A stretch of 64,000 nucleotides of DNA from Opitutales bacterium (GTDB taxonomy: Bacteria > Verrucomicrobiota > Verrucomicrobiia > Opitutales > UBA2987). The stretch is from assembly GCA_965226885.1 (NCBI GenBank), contig CBDDEL010000017.1, positions 608,001 through 672,000 on the forward strand, in the 5' to 3' direction. The notes beneath the pieces are model-generated. The model searched no databases. It was not told where the DNA came from and saw only the letters and a list, made by a program, of their open reading frames with translations. The translations under genes and the position numbers were made by a program. Positions 1-10,573 of this stretch are shown piece after piece (within the stretch, counting starts at the first letter, position 1; every line of letters starts with the position of its first letter).

Positions 1-764
1 CCGGGGTATTGGCTTTTGCTTTTGGCGACTTTCAATCCGATGATCTGGTCGCAACTGATTCCGCTGGATCGGTCCACGGGTTGGGAAGCACTAACGTAAA
101 AACTCATATTGCTTTTGGCGCGGGTGACGAAGAAGGCAGCAGCCAAATGGATGCGAAAGAGCCGCTGAAAATCGACGTAACCACGATCCATTACGTAAAT
201 GCTTGCGGGTTCAAAAGCCAGTTCATCAAGGATGTTCACGTCATGCACGCTTGCGTCTGTAATACTGATGAATATAGGGATGGAGCCACGCAAGTCCATC
301 ATCGTATGCAGTTTGATGGCCGCCTTGGTGCGGCGAAATGTTGCCCACGAAAACAACGACAGGCACAGGTCTATGGTCGAGGCATCCAGGGCATAAACCA
401 TCTCGTCTACATTCAATCCAATCGCGTCTTGGGCATACAAACGGCGCGCCTTGGCGATGAGCACTTGAGCCAATGCTTCGTAAAGGCGCCAGTTGCGATG
501 CTCGTTGGCGTAGGCCAAGTTCGTGCGTGTCACATTGCCCCGGATTCCCATCGCATACAAGTGAGGACTTCCCCGCAGACACGCCTCGATGTCACGCAAA
601 CTCTCACGGAATGTCATTTGCGCAAAGGCCATGCTCAAGAACTGATCACGGGCACTGAAACTACGACTGGTTCTTGGCATGGGATAAAGACTAACGCAGC
701 GTTCGAACTGTTCGCGATGGAGCAAATCCATCGCCTGCGTGAATGCAAGGCGGCCTTCGTTCAT
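1..764 (-). CDS. IS4-family transposase (DUF4372 + DDE), partial
   Basis: Manual translation from ATG 764: MNEGRLAFTQAMDLL...DQFLSMAFAQMTFRESLRDIEACL...VYALDASTIDLCLSLFSWATFRRTKAAIKLH...YVMDRGYVDF; no stop inside the window, so absent from the ORF track. Confidence 0.9.
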   Translation of the reverse strand, partial: MNEGRLAFTQAMDLLHREQFERCVSLYPMPRTSRSFSARDQFLSMAFAQMTFRESLRDIEACLRGSPHLYAMGIRGNVTRTNLAYANEHRNWRLYEALAQVLIAKARRLYAQDAIGLNVDEMVYALDASTIDLCLSLFSWATFRRTKAAIKLHTMMDLRGSIPIFISITDASVHDVNILDELAFEPASIYVMDRGYVDFQRLFRIHLAAAFFVTRAKSNMSFYVSASQPVDRSSGISCDQIIGLKVAKSKSQYP

Positions 765-894
765 GCTGCCCAGTCTCAAAAAGGGTGCGGAAAGCGCCAG
801 CCAACTTCAAATGCGTCACATCCATGTGGCTACTCAACAAACACATCATCAACGAAATACGACTTTAGACTGGCCGCTTAACTGGACACTAGTG
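1..894 (-). mobile_element. IS4-family element, left part (runs off window start)
   Basis: End sequence CACTAGTGTCCAGTTAA (minus strand) at ~894 abuts the kinase frame; followed by an IS4 transposase. Confidence 0.85.
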
Positions 895-1231
895 ATCTGG
901 TATATAAATTCAAGACCTTTTTCCTGGGCCTTTAAAGCTAGTGGTTGGCATATTTCCTCGATCATGGCGCTCAAATCGAAATCAATTTTTTCCAGTTCAA
1001 TTTTGCCTGCTTTAATCTTGGAATAATCAAGGATATCATTGATTATGTTTAGCAGGGTGTCCGCGCTGTTTCTGACGATTTCGGCATACTCACGCTGCTT
1101 GGGTTTCAAGTCCAGGTCGAGAAGGAGCCCGGTCATGCCAATGATCCCGTTCATGGGAGTTCGAATTTCGTGGCTCATGGTGGCTAAAAAATCACTTTTA
1201 GCTCTATTCGATTTTTCCGCATCGTCTCTAG

Positions 1232-2809
1232 CCCGGATATTTCGTAAAAAAAGTATCGTTGATATGCTTAACTGCTGATATACAGCAGGATAGATCAATA
1301 ATTAAAGCAATATCAGCGATGACAAAAGGTAAACAATTAAAGCTACAGTTGACAAGGGTAAAAGGCCGCCGTGTGCGGGTTGATTTCAAGGGCGGAGAGG
1401 TTACTTCGGATGCCGGACTGCTTTTGATCCGGGAAGTGGATCGGCAGTTGGGCTTGACCGAACGAGCGGCCCGACAGTTAGTGGACAAACGGCAGAAGGG
1501 CAAAGTACGCCATGAGGTATTGGGGATGCTGCGGCAGCGCGTTTACGGGCTGGTGGCGGGCTATGAGGATTTGAACGACTTTGATACCCTGCGCCACGAT
1601 CCATTGTTGCAAACGGTAACGGGGCGCATTGAAACGTTGGCCAGCGCGCCGACTTTGTGTCGTTTTGAAAACGGGCAGGATCGGCGGGCGGCCTTTGCGG
1701 TAAACGAGCTGTTGGTCGAACAGTTCATGGGCTCCTTTGCCGAGGAACCCGAAGAGATCATCCTGGACTTTGACGCCACCGACAATCCGGTGCACGGGCT
1801 CCAGGAGGGACGTTTTTTCCACGGTTATTATGATCATTACTGTTTTCTGCCGCTATATGTTTTTTGCGGTGATCAGCTGCTGGTGGCCTACCTGCGGCCG
1901 AGCAAGATCGATGCCAGCAAGCATGCCGGGGCCATCCTCAAATTGCTGGTTAAACGGATTCGCCAAAGCTGGCCCCGTACGCGGATTATTTGGCGCGCCG
2001 ACAGTGGATTTTGTCGAGACCGGATACTCTCTTGGTGCGACCGCAACGAAGTTAGTTACATCGTGGGGATGGCTCGCAATGCACGCTTGCAGCAAGACGC
2101 CCAGCAGTTGCAAAAGCAGGCCAAAGAATGGTTCGAACTAAGGGGTGAAAAACAACGGTTATTCCAGGACTTCGTCTATGCTGCCGATTCGTGGCGATGG
2201 CTGCGGTTGGTCATCCATAAAGCCGAACACACCGCACAGGGGTCCAACCCGCGCTTCGTGGTGACGAACCTGCCGGGCGATCCCCAGGAGCTTTACGACA
2301 AGGTATACTGTGGCCGCGGTGAAATGGAGAACCGAATCAAGGAACAGATGCAATTGTTCAGCGAGCGCACCAGCGCCCATCAATGGTGGGCCAATCAGTG
2401 GCGATTGCTCTTGTCGGCGCTGGCCTACACCTTGATGGAAGCCATGCGCCGGTTAGCCTTAAAAGGGACGAAGTGGGCGCGGGCCCAATGCCACACCCTG
2501 CGGCTCAAATTAATCAAGATCGGAGCGGTCATCGTGCGCAACACCCGAACGATTCACTTTCACCTAAGTGAGAGTTATCCTTGGGCCAGTCTTTTCAACC
2601 ATGCGGCCCGCCGATTGGTGCCAACCTAAAGGGTGCATTGGTGCTGCCCCCGGCACTACCGAACCAATGGGGGAAAGGGGGCAGTGTCTCTACACCCTGA
2701 AAAACACCTAAAAATCAAGACGATCTGCTCAAAATACAAAGAAATCCATCTCCAATAGCAATAACGAGCCAAACACGAGCCAAACTTTACCCTTCATGAA
2801 ATATCCGGG
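1232..2809 (+). mobile_element. IS1380-family element, copy 1 (1578 bp)
   Basis: Terminal IRs CCCGGATATTTC / GAAATATCCGGG; CTAG TSD at 1228-1231 and 2810-2813. Confidence 0.95.
1319..2629 (+). CDS. IS1380-family transposase
   Basis: FKGGEVTSDAG, GYEDLND, ILDFDATD, RADSGF and RGEMENRIKE motifs; ATG 1319 (MTKGKQ) preferred over the track start at 1259. Confidence 0.93.
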   Translation: MTKGKQLKLQLTRVKGRRVRVDFKGGEVTSDAGLLLIREVDRQLGLTERAARQLVDKRQKGKVRHEVLGMLRQRVYGLVAGYEDLNDFDTLRHDPLLQTVTGRIETLASAPTLCRFENGQDRRAAFAVNELLVEQFMGSFAEEPEEIILDFDATDNPVHGLQEGRFFHGYYDHYCFLPLYVFCGDQLLVAYLRPSKIDASKHAGAILKLLVKRIRQSWPRTRIIWRADSGFCRDRILSWCDRNEVSYIVGMARNARLQQDAQQLQKQAKEWFELRGEKQRLFQDFVYAADSWRWLRLVIHKAEHTAQGSNPRFVVTNLPGDPQELYDKVYCGRGEMENRIKEQMQLFSERTSAHQWWANQWRLLLSALAYTLMEAMRRLALKGTKWARAQCHTLRLKLIKIGAVIVRNTRTIHFHLSESYPWASLFNHAARRLVPT

Positions 2810-3073
2810 CTAGCATTATGCAGCCTGATGTTGGCCTGATTGAGATCGAAGGTCATCTTGTTAAAGGCATGTGCCAGGTCGCCCAGTTCATCCTTTGATC
2901 GGACATCAATGCAGTGCTCCAGATTGCCCTGTGCGAACTCCTCTGTTCCTACGATTAGAGAATCGATGCCGCTTGTAATTACCTTTCGCATCCTGCGGCT
3001 GAACATGAACTGACGTGTACTGGATTTGTTGGACACGGGATTCTCTTATATTCATTGTTTATTGATTAGTGTG

Positions 3074-3991
3074 TCAGGCGGCTTGTTTTGGTAAAGGGTT
3101 TTGTTTTCTCGTTGCCCCCCATGGGGGGCAAATATTTTCCTCGAATTGGACTGGGCTTTGGTAACTCAGAGAGGAATGTTTGCGATATCGGTTGTAGAAG
3201 ATTTCCACGTATTCGAAGACAGTTGATCGCAGTTCGCGCTCGTCGGCAAAGTGGCGGCCTCGAATCGTGCTGGTCTTGAAGCGGCCGTAGAACGATTCCA
3301 TGGCCGCGTTGTCGTAGCAGTTGCCTTGGGCGCTCATGCTCGGCTTCATGCCTAGTTCAGAGACCAGCCTCTGATAGTCGTCGCTGGCGTAGGGGCTGCC
3401 CCGATCGCTGTGATGAATAATCCCGGTGCGCAGTGTGCCGCGGGTCATGGCCGCGGCTTTGAGGGCCTTGCCAACCAGCTTCGCGTCGTTGTGGTTGGAA
3501 ACGCTCCAGCCCAGCAGGCGTCGGCTGAACAGGTCCATCACCGTGGCCAAGTACATCCAACCGGCCAGGGTCCGTAGGTAGGTCGTGTCCGCCACCCAGA
3601 CCTCGTCGATATGGGTCGGCTGGCCATGCTTTTTAAGCACATTGGGGCTGTAACCATAGGGATGGTTACTGTTGGTTTTTAATGGCTTAAAGCGTTTACT
3701 CTGGGTGCTTTTGATTCCCATTTCACGCATCAGACGCAGAGCCCGGTCACGGCCGCAATCGATGCCCTCATCATCCTTCAGATGGCGGTGCATTGGCCGA
3801 TGCCCATAGCGGCCCTTGGCCTCTTTGTGTACCTTCAGGATCGCCCCCTTGATTCCCTCGTCCTCGATCCGCCGGGCCGAGGGCGCTCGGTGCCTCCAGC
3901 AGTAATAGCCACTGCGACAAATCCCCATCGCCGAGCATATTTCCTCGATCTTGAAGCGCCCCTCGTTGTCTTTGACAAACTGGTACTTCAT
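3074..3991 (-). CDS. IS3 OrfB (integrase-core DDE)
   Basis: WVADTTY, HHSDRGSPY, CYDNAAMESF; -1 frame relative to OrfA, with an A8C slippery run and ATGA overlap. Confidence 0.92.
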   Translation of the reverse strand: MKYQFVKDNEGRFKIEEICSAMGICRSGYYCWRHRAPSARRIEDEGIKGAILKVHKEAKGRYGHRPMHRHLKDDEGIDCGRDRALRLMREMGIKSTQSKRFKPLKTNSNHPYGYSPNVLKKHGQPTHIDEVWVADTTYLRTLAGWMYLATVMDLFSRRLLGWSVSNHNDAKLVGKALKAAAMTRGTLRTGIIHHSDRGSPYASDDYQRLVSELGMKPSMSAQGNCYDNAAMESFYGRFKTSTIRGRHFADERELRSTVFEYVEIFYNRYRKHSSLSYQSPVQFEENICPPWGATRKQNPLPKQAA

Positions 3992-4299
3992 TGTTCGTCC
4001 TTGGCACAGTAGCCCACCGTTTTTTTTAGTATCTGGTTGATCCGCTCCGAGCGGCGCAGCTCTTTGCGAAGACGATCTATCTCGGCCGCCATCTCCTTCG
4101 GACTGCTCTGTCGCTTTGAGGTGGCTTCGCCCTGCTGATCGTCCAGATAGAGCCTCTTCCACCTATACAATTGGTTGGTGTTGACCCCAAGTTTGGTCGA
4201 TACCTCGGTGGCGCTCAGACCATCGAGTATCATCAGTTGAACTGCCTCATTTTTGAACTCTATACTAAAGCGTCTTCTTCCCATGCTTCGATTCTCCAT
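3988..4299 (-). CDS. IS3 OrfA (HTH)
   Basis: RRRFSIEFKNEAV...LYRWKR...ILKK. Confidence 0.9.
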   Translation of the reverse strand: MENRSMGRRRFSIEFKNEAVQLMILDGLSATEVSTKLGVNTNQLYRWKRLYLDDQQGEATSKRQSSPKEMAAEIDRLRKELRRSERINQILKKTVGYCAKDEQ

Positions 4300-4391
4300 T
4301 TAGGAGAATCTCGTGTCCACTTTTTCCAGTGCACATCAGAACGAGATCGCCACGGTCAGAAGTCCTATAACCATAATGACGACCATATTTA

Positions 4392-6208
4392 GAGGCTGTC
4401 CCAAAAGGGTGATTTTTGCGAGGGCTTTTGATAGGCGCTCATTTCAGAGGTATTTGCATTTGGGAGAGTATCAACTTTGCTCTCCTATGACGTTAGGATA
4501 CTGGTTTTGGGGTCCGGTTGCCTGGTTTTCTTTGTATGAGCCGACAGTAAGGCTGTGAAAAAGTATTGTCCTTGCTTTTCCGCTCTCTAGGCCGCCGCTT
4601 TGGTTTTTAGTTCGTCTTGCTGGGCCAGCATCTTGGCTACTTTCCATAGGTTGTGCGAGAGTACCGACCAGGCTACGCTGATCGAGCGGTTGGCAAAGCC
4701 TTTGCTGCGCAACCGCCCGGCCTGCCAGCGATTCTTCAATACCCCGATCCGCCCTTCGGTGCTGGCCCGGCGCTTTTGCAATTGTCTGAACAGTGGTTCC
4801 TCCATCCGTTTTTTCAACTGCTTCGGATCGCGTGGACAGAGCGCGTCGTAGATTCCCTCCTGGGCTAACTGCCGGCGGGCCCGCTGGGAGGCAAATCCCC
4901 GGTCCGCGCACATGGCCGCTATGGGTTCTTCCAGGTTGAAGCGGTTCTGTCTTTGCAAACTCTCTTGCATTTGTTCATTTTCGCTTGGAGTTCGGCTGCC
5001 GTAGAGTTTCCAGTCCAGCAGGTACCCTTCAACGCTTTCTCCCAAAAACAGGGTGTTGCCGAACTCGACCTCTTGGCCCGCTTTACCTCGCACAATCACC
5101 TGCCCATCGAGTTCGTAAACACTCAAGACTTTCTCTGCGTTTTTCACCTGGCGGCGGCCAATGATCCGCTCGTGCGCCTGTTTGATGACCACCGGGATTT
5201 GCTCGCTCATGCGCTCCATCCGGGCGAGGATCTGTTGGACCTGTTTTTCGCTGTAATCGCTTTGCTCCCAGCAGGCTTGCAATAATTCCCGGTGACTGCG
5301 GGCATGCTCCCCGATCCGTTTGAGCAGCTTTTTCATCTGCCTCAAGATACCCTTGCGCTGCCGCGCGCTGTCCTTTCGCCGCCGGCTGTGGGTCATCTGT
5401 ATGCACAGCCGATTCATCTGCCGAGCCAAGGGCTCCGGTTCGATCGGCATGCGATGGCGCAAACCGGCCTTCTCGCGGATCAGCCGGATCGCTTTGAGCA
5501 ACGTGCCGGCTACATCCTTGAGTAATACCCAGTCCGTCGGCCAATGAATGTTAGCCTCCAAACAGGTGCCGTCGATCAGGCAAATGGTGGGGTCAATCGG
5601 CTTGTCCAATCCCACCTGCCGGGCCAGAAGGGCATCGCCCACCACCTCAGTCAAGGTCCGGTGCAAGGCCCTCAACTGCTCTTCGCTGAAAAACTTCGAG
5701 GCCCGCTCCAGGGTGCTTTTGGAGATGCCCCTGATGCCATCGATCTGCCGGACACGGCAAAAGTCGGCCAACAGATCGCTGCTGCCCAGAGCCCGCGACA
5801 AATGCCGAAACGAGATCCCTCCGAGCAGACGGCCCAGCGTATCCATGCGCAGTGCCTTGATGGCAAAACTGGCCCGCTGCCGCCGGGCCTTTAGACCCAT
5901 TGGCTGCCACCCCTCCAAGGCCAGCTCAATGGCCTGCGATTCCACCTCCGAGTCGATCAGCAGCCGATCGATTCGATCAATGGTGGCGCGGAAGTTATCG
6001 TAATCGAGGCACCGGTCGACCACAGTTAAAGCTGGACGCAGGAGGCATTGGATGGCTATATTTTTCATAGAAAGGGCTATATTGATTTTCGCTAACTCAA
6101 TTATAGAACCCTTTTTTGGCCGGATCGAGCAAAAACTTGCTCTTTCCGGCTCTTTTTATCAACGTCATCCAGTTGACTATAAAATCTTTATATTTTTGGG
6201 ACAGCCTC
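4392..6208 (-). mobile_element. IS5/IS1182-like element, copy 1 (1817 bp; family uncertain)
   Basis: IRs GAGGCTGTCCCAAAA / TTTTGGGACAGCCTC; flanks TATTTA / TAGTTA; three copies in the window. Confidence 0.9.
4587..6068 (-). CDS. DDE transposase, IS5-like (493 aa)
   Basis: LIDGTCLEANIHWPTD, RGKAGQEVEFG, ADRGF, RRASTEGRIGVLK. Confidence 0.88.
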   Translation of the reverse strand: MKNIAIQCLLRPALTVVDRCLDYDNFRATIDRIDRLLIDSEVESQAIELALEGWQPMGLKARRQRASFAIKALRMDTLGRLLGGISFRHLSRALGSSDLLADFCRVRQIDGIRGISKSTLERASKFFSEEQLRALHRTLTEVVGDALLARQVGLDKPIDPTICLIDGTCLEANIHWPTDWVLLKDVAGTLLKAIRLIREKAGLRHRMPIEPEPLARQMNRLCIQMTHSRRRKDSARQRKGILRQMKKLLKRIGEHARSHRELLQACWEQSDYSEKQVQQILARMERMSEQIPVVIKQAHERIIGRRQVKNAEKVLSVYELDGQVIVRGKAGQEVEFGNTLFLGESVEGYLLDWKLYGSRTPSENEQMQESLQRQNRFNLEEPIAAMCADRGFASQRARRQLAQEGIYDALCPRDPKQLKKRMEEPLFRQLQKRRASTEGRIGVLKNRWQAGRLRSKGFANRSISVAWSVLSHNLWKVAKMLAQQDELKTKAAA

Positions 6209-7234
6209 TAGTTACCCTGCCCGACAATTGCGCTTCTTCCGCGGCGCGTTTGGTGTCCTGTAAGATTAAGGGTTTAATTTGGTTGTCCAGGATAGTGTCG
6301 ATATTTTCCAGGTAATCTTCATATGTATTTAACTTCTCATGCAACCCATCGGTGAGCATTACGATCTCGTTTCCGTACTTCTTTGCTTCGCTAAAGATTT
6401 TTTCAACCTCATTGACCCATTGATTCTCGTTGGCCGACATGCGGGTACCGTTATATTGGACTAAGGCCTCATTGAAGTCCTCTACCGAATCGTCTATCTT
6501 CACTCTGAATTTAAGGCTTGGTTCCAGGATATAACTCTTGATGGCGGCAATCGTCTCATCGATGTTGATTTCCATAGCACGGGTGGCTTCAAGCTTGGTC
6601 ATTCCGTCGGGGCTGGATTTGTCGATGGCAGGCTGTAGTTTATCGTCGATTAATACATCGATGGTATCGACGTATTCATGTAATTGCGCCAGATTGCCAA
6701 ATCGCTGCTTTTCCAGCGTCGTAATCTCATCACCCAGCACTTTGAATTCTTTATAAATCCTGGTGACTTCCTCCTCCGTCTCGGCCAGTGGCTCGAACTT
6801 CTTTGCGAAATGCTCGAAGACGCGTTCGGAGTCATGCATTTTGAGGATGTGGTTCTCTTTATCGTTCAAAATGTAATCAAATACCTCCCGTGCGGTTTCC
6901 CCGGCGTTGACCTCCATCTCAAGGATAGCCCGTTCAAGCGGCTCATTGACTTCAACCAATTTTTTTACATTCCCAGCCATAAGCATAACCATGTAGCTGA
7001 CGACAACTATATTGACGAAAATCAGCCCGGTAATAATGGCTGCATTAAGTTTGAATCTTTGAACGATTTTTATGGTTCTGCCTTTCTAATTCCTCGTTTA
7101 AATCCAGATATTTTCTTGTTTTATCGGCTTTGCCGTCGGTCCTTCTAGTGATTTTTGTGAAATTCCAATAAATTTCACCAACCTCCCGGAAAATGGGAGA
7201 GACCGGCACACTATTCAGCCCTATGGGCCGGGAA

Positions 7235-8464
7235 TTAGAGCAACTTTCTGCTCACCTCGGTGGTGGCAACCAGTTTGCCGCCGTGGATGACATGCGTTTT
7301 GGCCGACTGAAACTGCAATGCCTGATGCCAATTTTCGGCCTCCAGGATTATAACGTCGGCCCGTTTCCCGACTTCCAGTCCATAATCGCTTAAACCGATG
7401 GCCCGGGCCGGGACGTCCGTTACCATGGAAAGAACCTGGCCGGTCTCTTCCGGCCAGGCAAGTTGGCCGACGGTGGCCAGGTAGTGGGCCACTTCCAGCA
7501 TGTCGTTGCGTCCGAACGGGTAATACCAGTCGTCGATGTCGTCCTGGGCGGTCGCCACGGGCACCCCGGCAGCCAGTAGTTCCTTAATGCGGGTGCAGCC
7601 CCGCGGGGCCGGCTGGCTGGCAATGTGGGTCGTTACGAGCGAGACGTGAGCATTGTGAAAAACCGTTATCCCAGCCTCCTTGACCAGAGCGATAACACGG
7701 GCCGCATGAGCATCGTCATAGAAGCCCAGGGCGTTGCACTGGGTGGCGCAAACGCGGCCCTCCATATTCAACTGAATGGTTCGTGCGGCGACATATTCTA
7801 GGGTGCGGGAAGTGGGGTCTTCGGTGTCGTCGCAAACGAAATGGAGGTCGCAGTCGCATTGCTGAGCCAACCGAAAGCACATTTCCACATGGTCTTTCCG
7901 GAATGGTTCGGTGCGCTCAATCCAGGGGATTCCGCCCACCAGGTCTGCGCCCATTTCCATGGCCCGCAGCATGATATCCTCGGTGCCCCGGCCATTGTAA
8001 ACGCCATCCTGGGGAAAGGCCGCCACCTGAGTTTGTATGGTGCCGCAGTATTTTTTCTTAACTTGCAAAACGGCTTCCAATGCGCGGGTTCCCGCCGCTT
8101 CATCCACATCGACAAAAAGCCGGATTGCACCGGTGCCATTTAAAATGGCCAGCTTGATTGTTTCTTCCACCCGCTCGAAGACCTCCTCCACGGTGTAGGC
8201 ACGTTTGACATGGGCCGCCGCCTCGAAACGGGATAGTTTTTTCACGTTATCCGGCTGCAGGGCGAGGGCTCGCCGCCAGAAAGACTTGGCCACATGCAGG
8301 TGGCCGTTGACAAATGATGGTAGCGCCAGCTTGCCGGAGGCATCAATTATCCGAGCGTTTTCAGCAGTTAAATTTGGACTGATATGAACAATCCGGTTTC
8401 CCTCAATACCGATATCGGCAACGGACCCATCGCGCAGAAACGCGTTCTGGATGATCAGGTCCAT
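7235..8464 (-). CDS. Metal-dependent amidohydrolase, cytosine deaminase-like
   Basis: [42 protein letters not shown]. Confidence 0.85.
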   Translation of the reverse strand: MDLIIQNAFLRDGSVADIGIEGNRIVHISPNLTAENARIIDASGKLALPSFVNGHLHVAKSFWRRALALQPDNVKKLSRFEAAAHVKRAYTVEEVFERVEETIKLAILNGTGAIRLFVDVDEAAGTRALEAVLQVKKKYCGTIQTQVAAFPQDGVYNGRGTEDIMLRAMEMGADLVGGIPWIERTEPFRKDHVEMCFRLAQQCDCDLHFVCDDTEDPTSRTLEYVAARTIQLNMEGRVCATQCNALGFYDDAHAARVIALVKEAGITVFHNAHVSLVTTHIASQPAPRGCTRIKELLAAGVPVATAQDDIDDWYYPFGRNDMLEVAHYLATVGQLAWPEETGQVLSMVTDVPARAIGLSDYGLEVGKRADVIILEAENWHQALQFQSAKTHVIHGGKLVATTEVSRKLL

Positions 8465-9300
8465 TTCATCGACTTGAAAGCCTCAACTTGCTCGGTGATG
8501 GCTCGCTCGGTGGGCAGGCGTTCAATACTGCTGGCCCCGAAAAACCCGGCCACTCCCTCCGTGTGGTCAAGAATGTACTGGGCATCGGGCGGCTCGCTGA
8601 TCGGTCCCCCGTGGCAGATCACGAGAATGTCTGCCCGTTTCGACTTGGCGGCATCGTGGATGGCCTGAATTTCTGCCGCGCTTTGCTCGAGGGTCTTGGC
8701 CGTATGGGCGCCGATGGTCCCCTTGGTTGTCAGCCCCATATGCGCCACCAGTACATCCGCTCCTGCCCGCACCATGGCCAAGGCCTCCTCAATCGTAAAA
8801 ACGTAGGGTGTGGTCAGCAAATCGAGTTTGTGTGCCTCGGCAATCATATCGACTTCCTTGCCGAATCCCATGCCGGTTTCCTCCAGATTCTGGCGAAAAA
8901 TGCCGTCGCACAGCCCGACCGTGGGAAAATTTTGCACACCGGAAAACCCGATCTCCTTGATTTGCCGCAAAAAGACCGGCATGAGGCGAAACGGATCGGT
9001 CCCGCAAACGCCCGCCAGGACCGGTGTTTCCCGAACCACGGGGAGGACTTCAGCCGCCATTTCCACCACGATGGCATTGGCGTCGCCATAGGGCATGCAG
9101 CCGGAGAGGGAACCGTGCCCGGCCATGCGAAAACGCCCGGAGTTGTAAATGACGATCAAGTCGGCCCCGCCCGCTTGGGCGCATTTGCCGGACAGACCGG
9201 TGCCCGCGCCCGCCCCGATAATGGGCCTTCCCGCTTCCACCTGGGCGCGCAGTCCGGCCAGAATTTTTGATCGTGATTTTGCGATGGATGAATTGCTCAT
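8455..9300 (-). CDS. PEP-hydrolase-like TIM-barrel protein (Tm-1 C-terminal-like)
   Basis: [51 protein letters not shown]. Confidence 0.9.
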   Translation of the reverse strand: MSNSSIAKSRSKILAGLRAQVEAGRPIIGAGAGTGLSGKCAQAGGADLIVIYNSGRFRMAGHGSLSGCMPYGDANAIVVEMAAEVLPVVRETPVLAGVCGTDPFRLMPVFLRQIKEIGFSGVQNFPTVGLCDGIFRQNLEETGMGFGKEVDMIAEAHKLDLLTTPYVFTIEEALAMVRAGADVLVAHMGLTTKGTIGAHTAKTLEQSAAEIQAIHDAAKSKRADILVICHGGPISEPPDAQYILDHTEGVAGFFGASSIERLPTERAITEQVEAFKSMKWT

Positions 9301-9310
9301 TTTGCAGTTA

Positions 9311-10519
9311 TTAATCCTTTTTCATTAGTTGAAGTAATTCCTTCCAGACCGCCTCGGCAAAGGATGGGTGGTTGATGTCCACGTTCAATTCATGGACTGG
9401 GATATCGGGCCGGAGGTTATCCTTGATGGCTGAAAAAAGGGCTTCGTCGGCCTCGGGCCAATGGAAGGGCTGGCCCTCCATGGCGATGACCGATATTCCC
9501 TTGAGGGGCAGGAAAACCGCCGCCGGTCCGGTTGAAAGGTTGATCTTTCGAGAAAAGATACGCCCCAGTTCGGCGCATTCCTCCGGGGTCGTGCGCATCA
9601 GGGTGATGTTCGGGTTGTGCTCGTAAAAGAGACGCCCCTCGAATTTGGGCGGGATGGTGCCGGGCGCCCAGAAGTTGACCATGTCCAGGCAGCCGGGAGC
9701 CGCCACCGTCGGAACGCCGCCTCTGGCCGCCGCCTCCATACGTTTCGGGCCGGCCTTTAAAACACCACCCACCAATTCATCCGCCCACTCGGTCGTGGTT
9801 ACGTCGAGCACACCGGATATGAAGCCGTCTTCGACCAGACTTTCCATGGTTTTGCCACCCGTCCCGGTGGCGTGAAATATGAGGACTTCGTAACCGGCTT
9901 GCTCCAGCGCTTTGCTCGCCGCCTGCACACAATCGGTTGTGTTGCCGAACATGGAGGCGGCAATGAGCGGACGGTCTTCGCCTGCGGGCACAACCGTTTC
10001 GGCCATTCCACAAACGCAACCGGCGGCCTGTGAAATCACCTGCCGCGAAATCCGGTTGATCCCGCTCACATCGACAATGGAGGGAACCATGACGATGTCC
10101 TTGACCCCTACATAATCGGAGACATCAGTGCCCGCCACGGTCGAAACCATCACTTTGGGGACGCCTAGAGGCAGGGCCCGCATGGCCGCCGTCCCCACCG
10201 AAGTGCCCGCGCTGCCGCCCATGCTGATGAGTGCGTCGCATTTTTTCTCGTGCCACAGACCGGCCACGATTTCGCAAATCCCACCGGCCATGGCGGCGAC
10301 GGCCCGACCGCGGTCGTGGGCGGCGGCCAGCTCCGCCAGACTCTCGCCGCCCGCGGAGGCCACCTCATCGGCCGTGACATCGGGCCTCAAATGGGTTGAT
10401 CCCTTGATCCCGACATCGATGACCAACGTTTTATGGCCCCGCTGTTCGATTTGATCTTTTAAAAACGCAAATTCCGCTCCCTTCGTGTCCAGGGCTCCAA
10501 TGATGGCGATAACCGGCAT
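9311..10519 (-). CDS. Tm-1-like ATP-binding domain protein (UPF0261)
   Basis: [57 protein letters not shown]. Confidence 0.9.
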   Translation of the reverse strand: MPVIAIIGALDTKGAEFAFLKDQIEQRGHKTLVIDVGIKGSTHLRPDVTADEVASAGGESLAELAAAHDRGRAVAAMAGGICEIVAGLWHEKKCDALISMGGSAGTSVGTAAMRALPLGVPKVMVSTVAGTDVSDYVGVKDIVMVPSIVDVSGINRISRQVISQAAGCVCGMAETVVPAGEDRPLIAASMFGNTTDCVQAASKALEQAGYEVLIFHATGTGGKTMESLVEDGFISGVLDVTTTEWADELVGGVLKAGPKRMEAAARGGVPTVAAPGCLDMVNFWAPGTIPPKFEGRLFYEHNPNITLMRTTPEECAELGRIFSRKINLSTGPAAVFLPLKGISVIAMEGQPFHWPEADEALFSAIKDNLRPDIPVHELNVDINHPSFAEAVWKELLQLMKKD

Positions 10520-10573
10520 AGCGCAAAAAAATATTTAATCGCCCCAAACATTGTCAAGCAACCCTCGTTGCAT

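Larger units (their letters stand above)
3011..4338 (-). mobile_element. IS3-family element, copy 1 (1328 bp)
   Basis: TG...CA ends (TGATGTGCACTGG / CCAGTACACGTCA); GAAC TSD at 3007-3010 and 4339-4342. Confidence 0.95.
895..7073 (-). pseudogene. Membrane sensor histidine kinase (TM-sensor-TM-HAMP-HisKA), interrupted by four IS elements
   Basis: Pieces 6209-7073, 4339-4391 (TM MVVIMVIGLLTVAISF), 2810-3010 (HAMP ..SKDELGDLAHAFNKM) and 895-1231 ([23 protein letters not shown]) rejoin in frame once ISs and duplications are removed. Confidence 0.9.

Noticed and set aside
9..881. 290-aa plus-strand ORF
   Set aside because: Codon-for-codon antisense shadow of the IS4 transposase on the minus strand
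849..1298. 149-aa standalone histidine kinase ORF
   Set aside because: Chimera: starts in the IS1380 end and stops in the IS4 end; only the middle is kinase
3074..4162. 362-aa IS3 ORF starting at 4162
   Set aside because: The upstream part overlaps OrfA in the -1 frame; the real products are OrfA, OrfB (from 3991) and the frameshift fusion
4471..4911. 146-aa ORF repeated in the IS5-like copies as a possible accessory gene
   Set aside because: Alternative frame of the transposase; recurrence only reflects copy identity and no motif is recognisable
8488..9270. 260-aa plus-strand ORF (and similar ORFs at 43561-45621 and 63497-63949)
   Set aside because: Antisense shadows of well-supported genes
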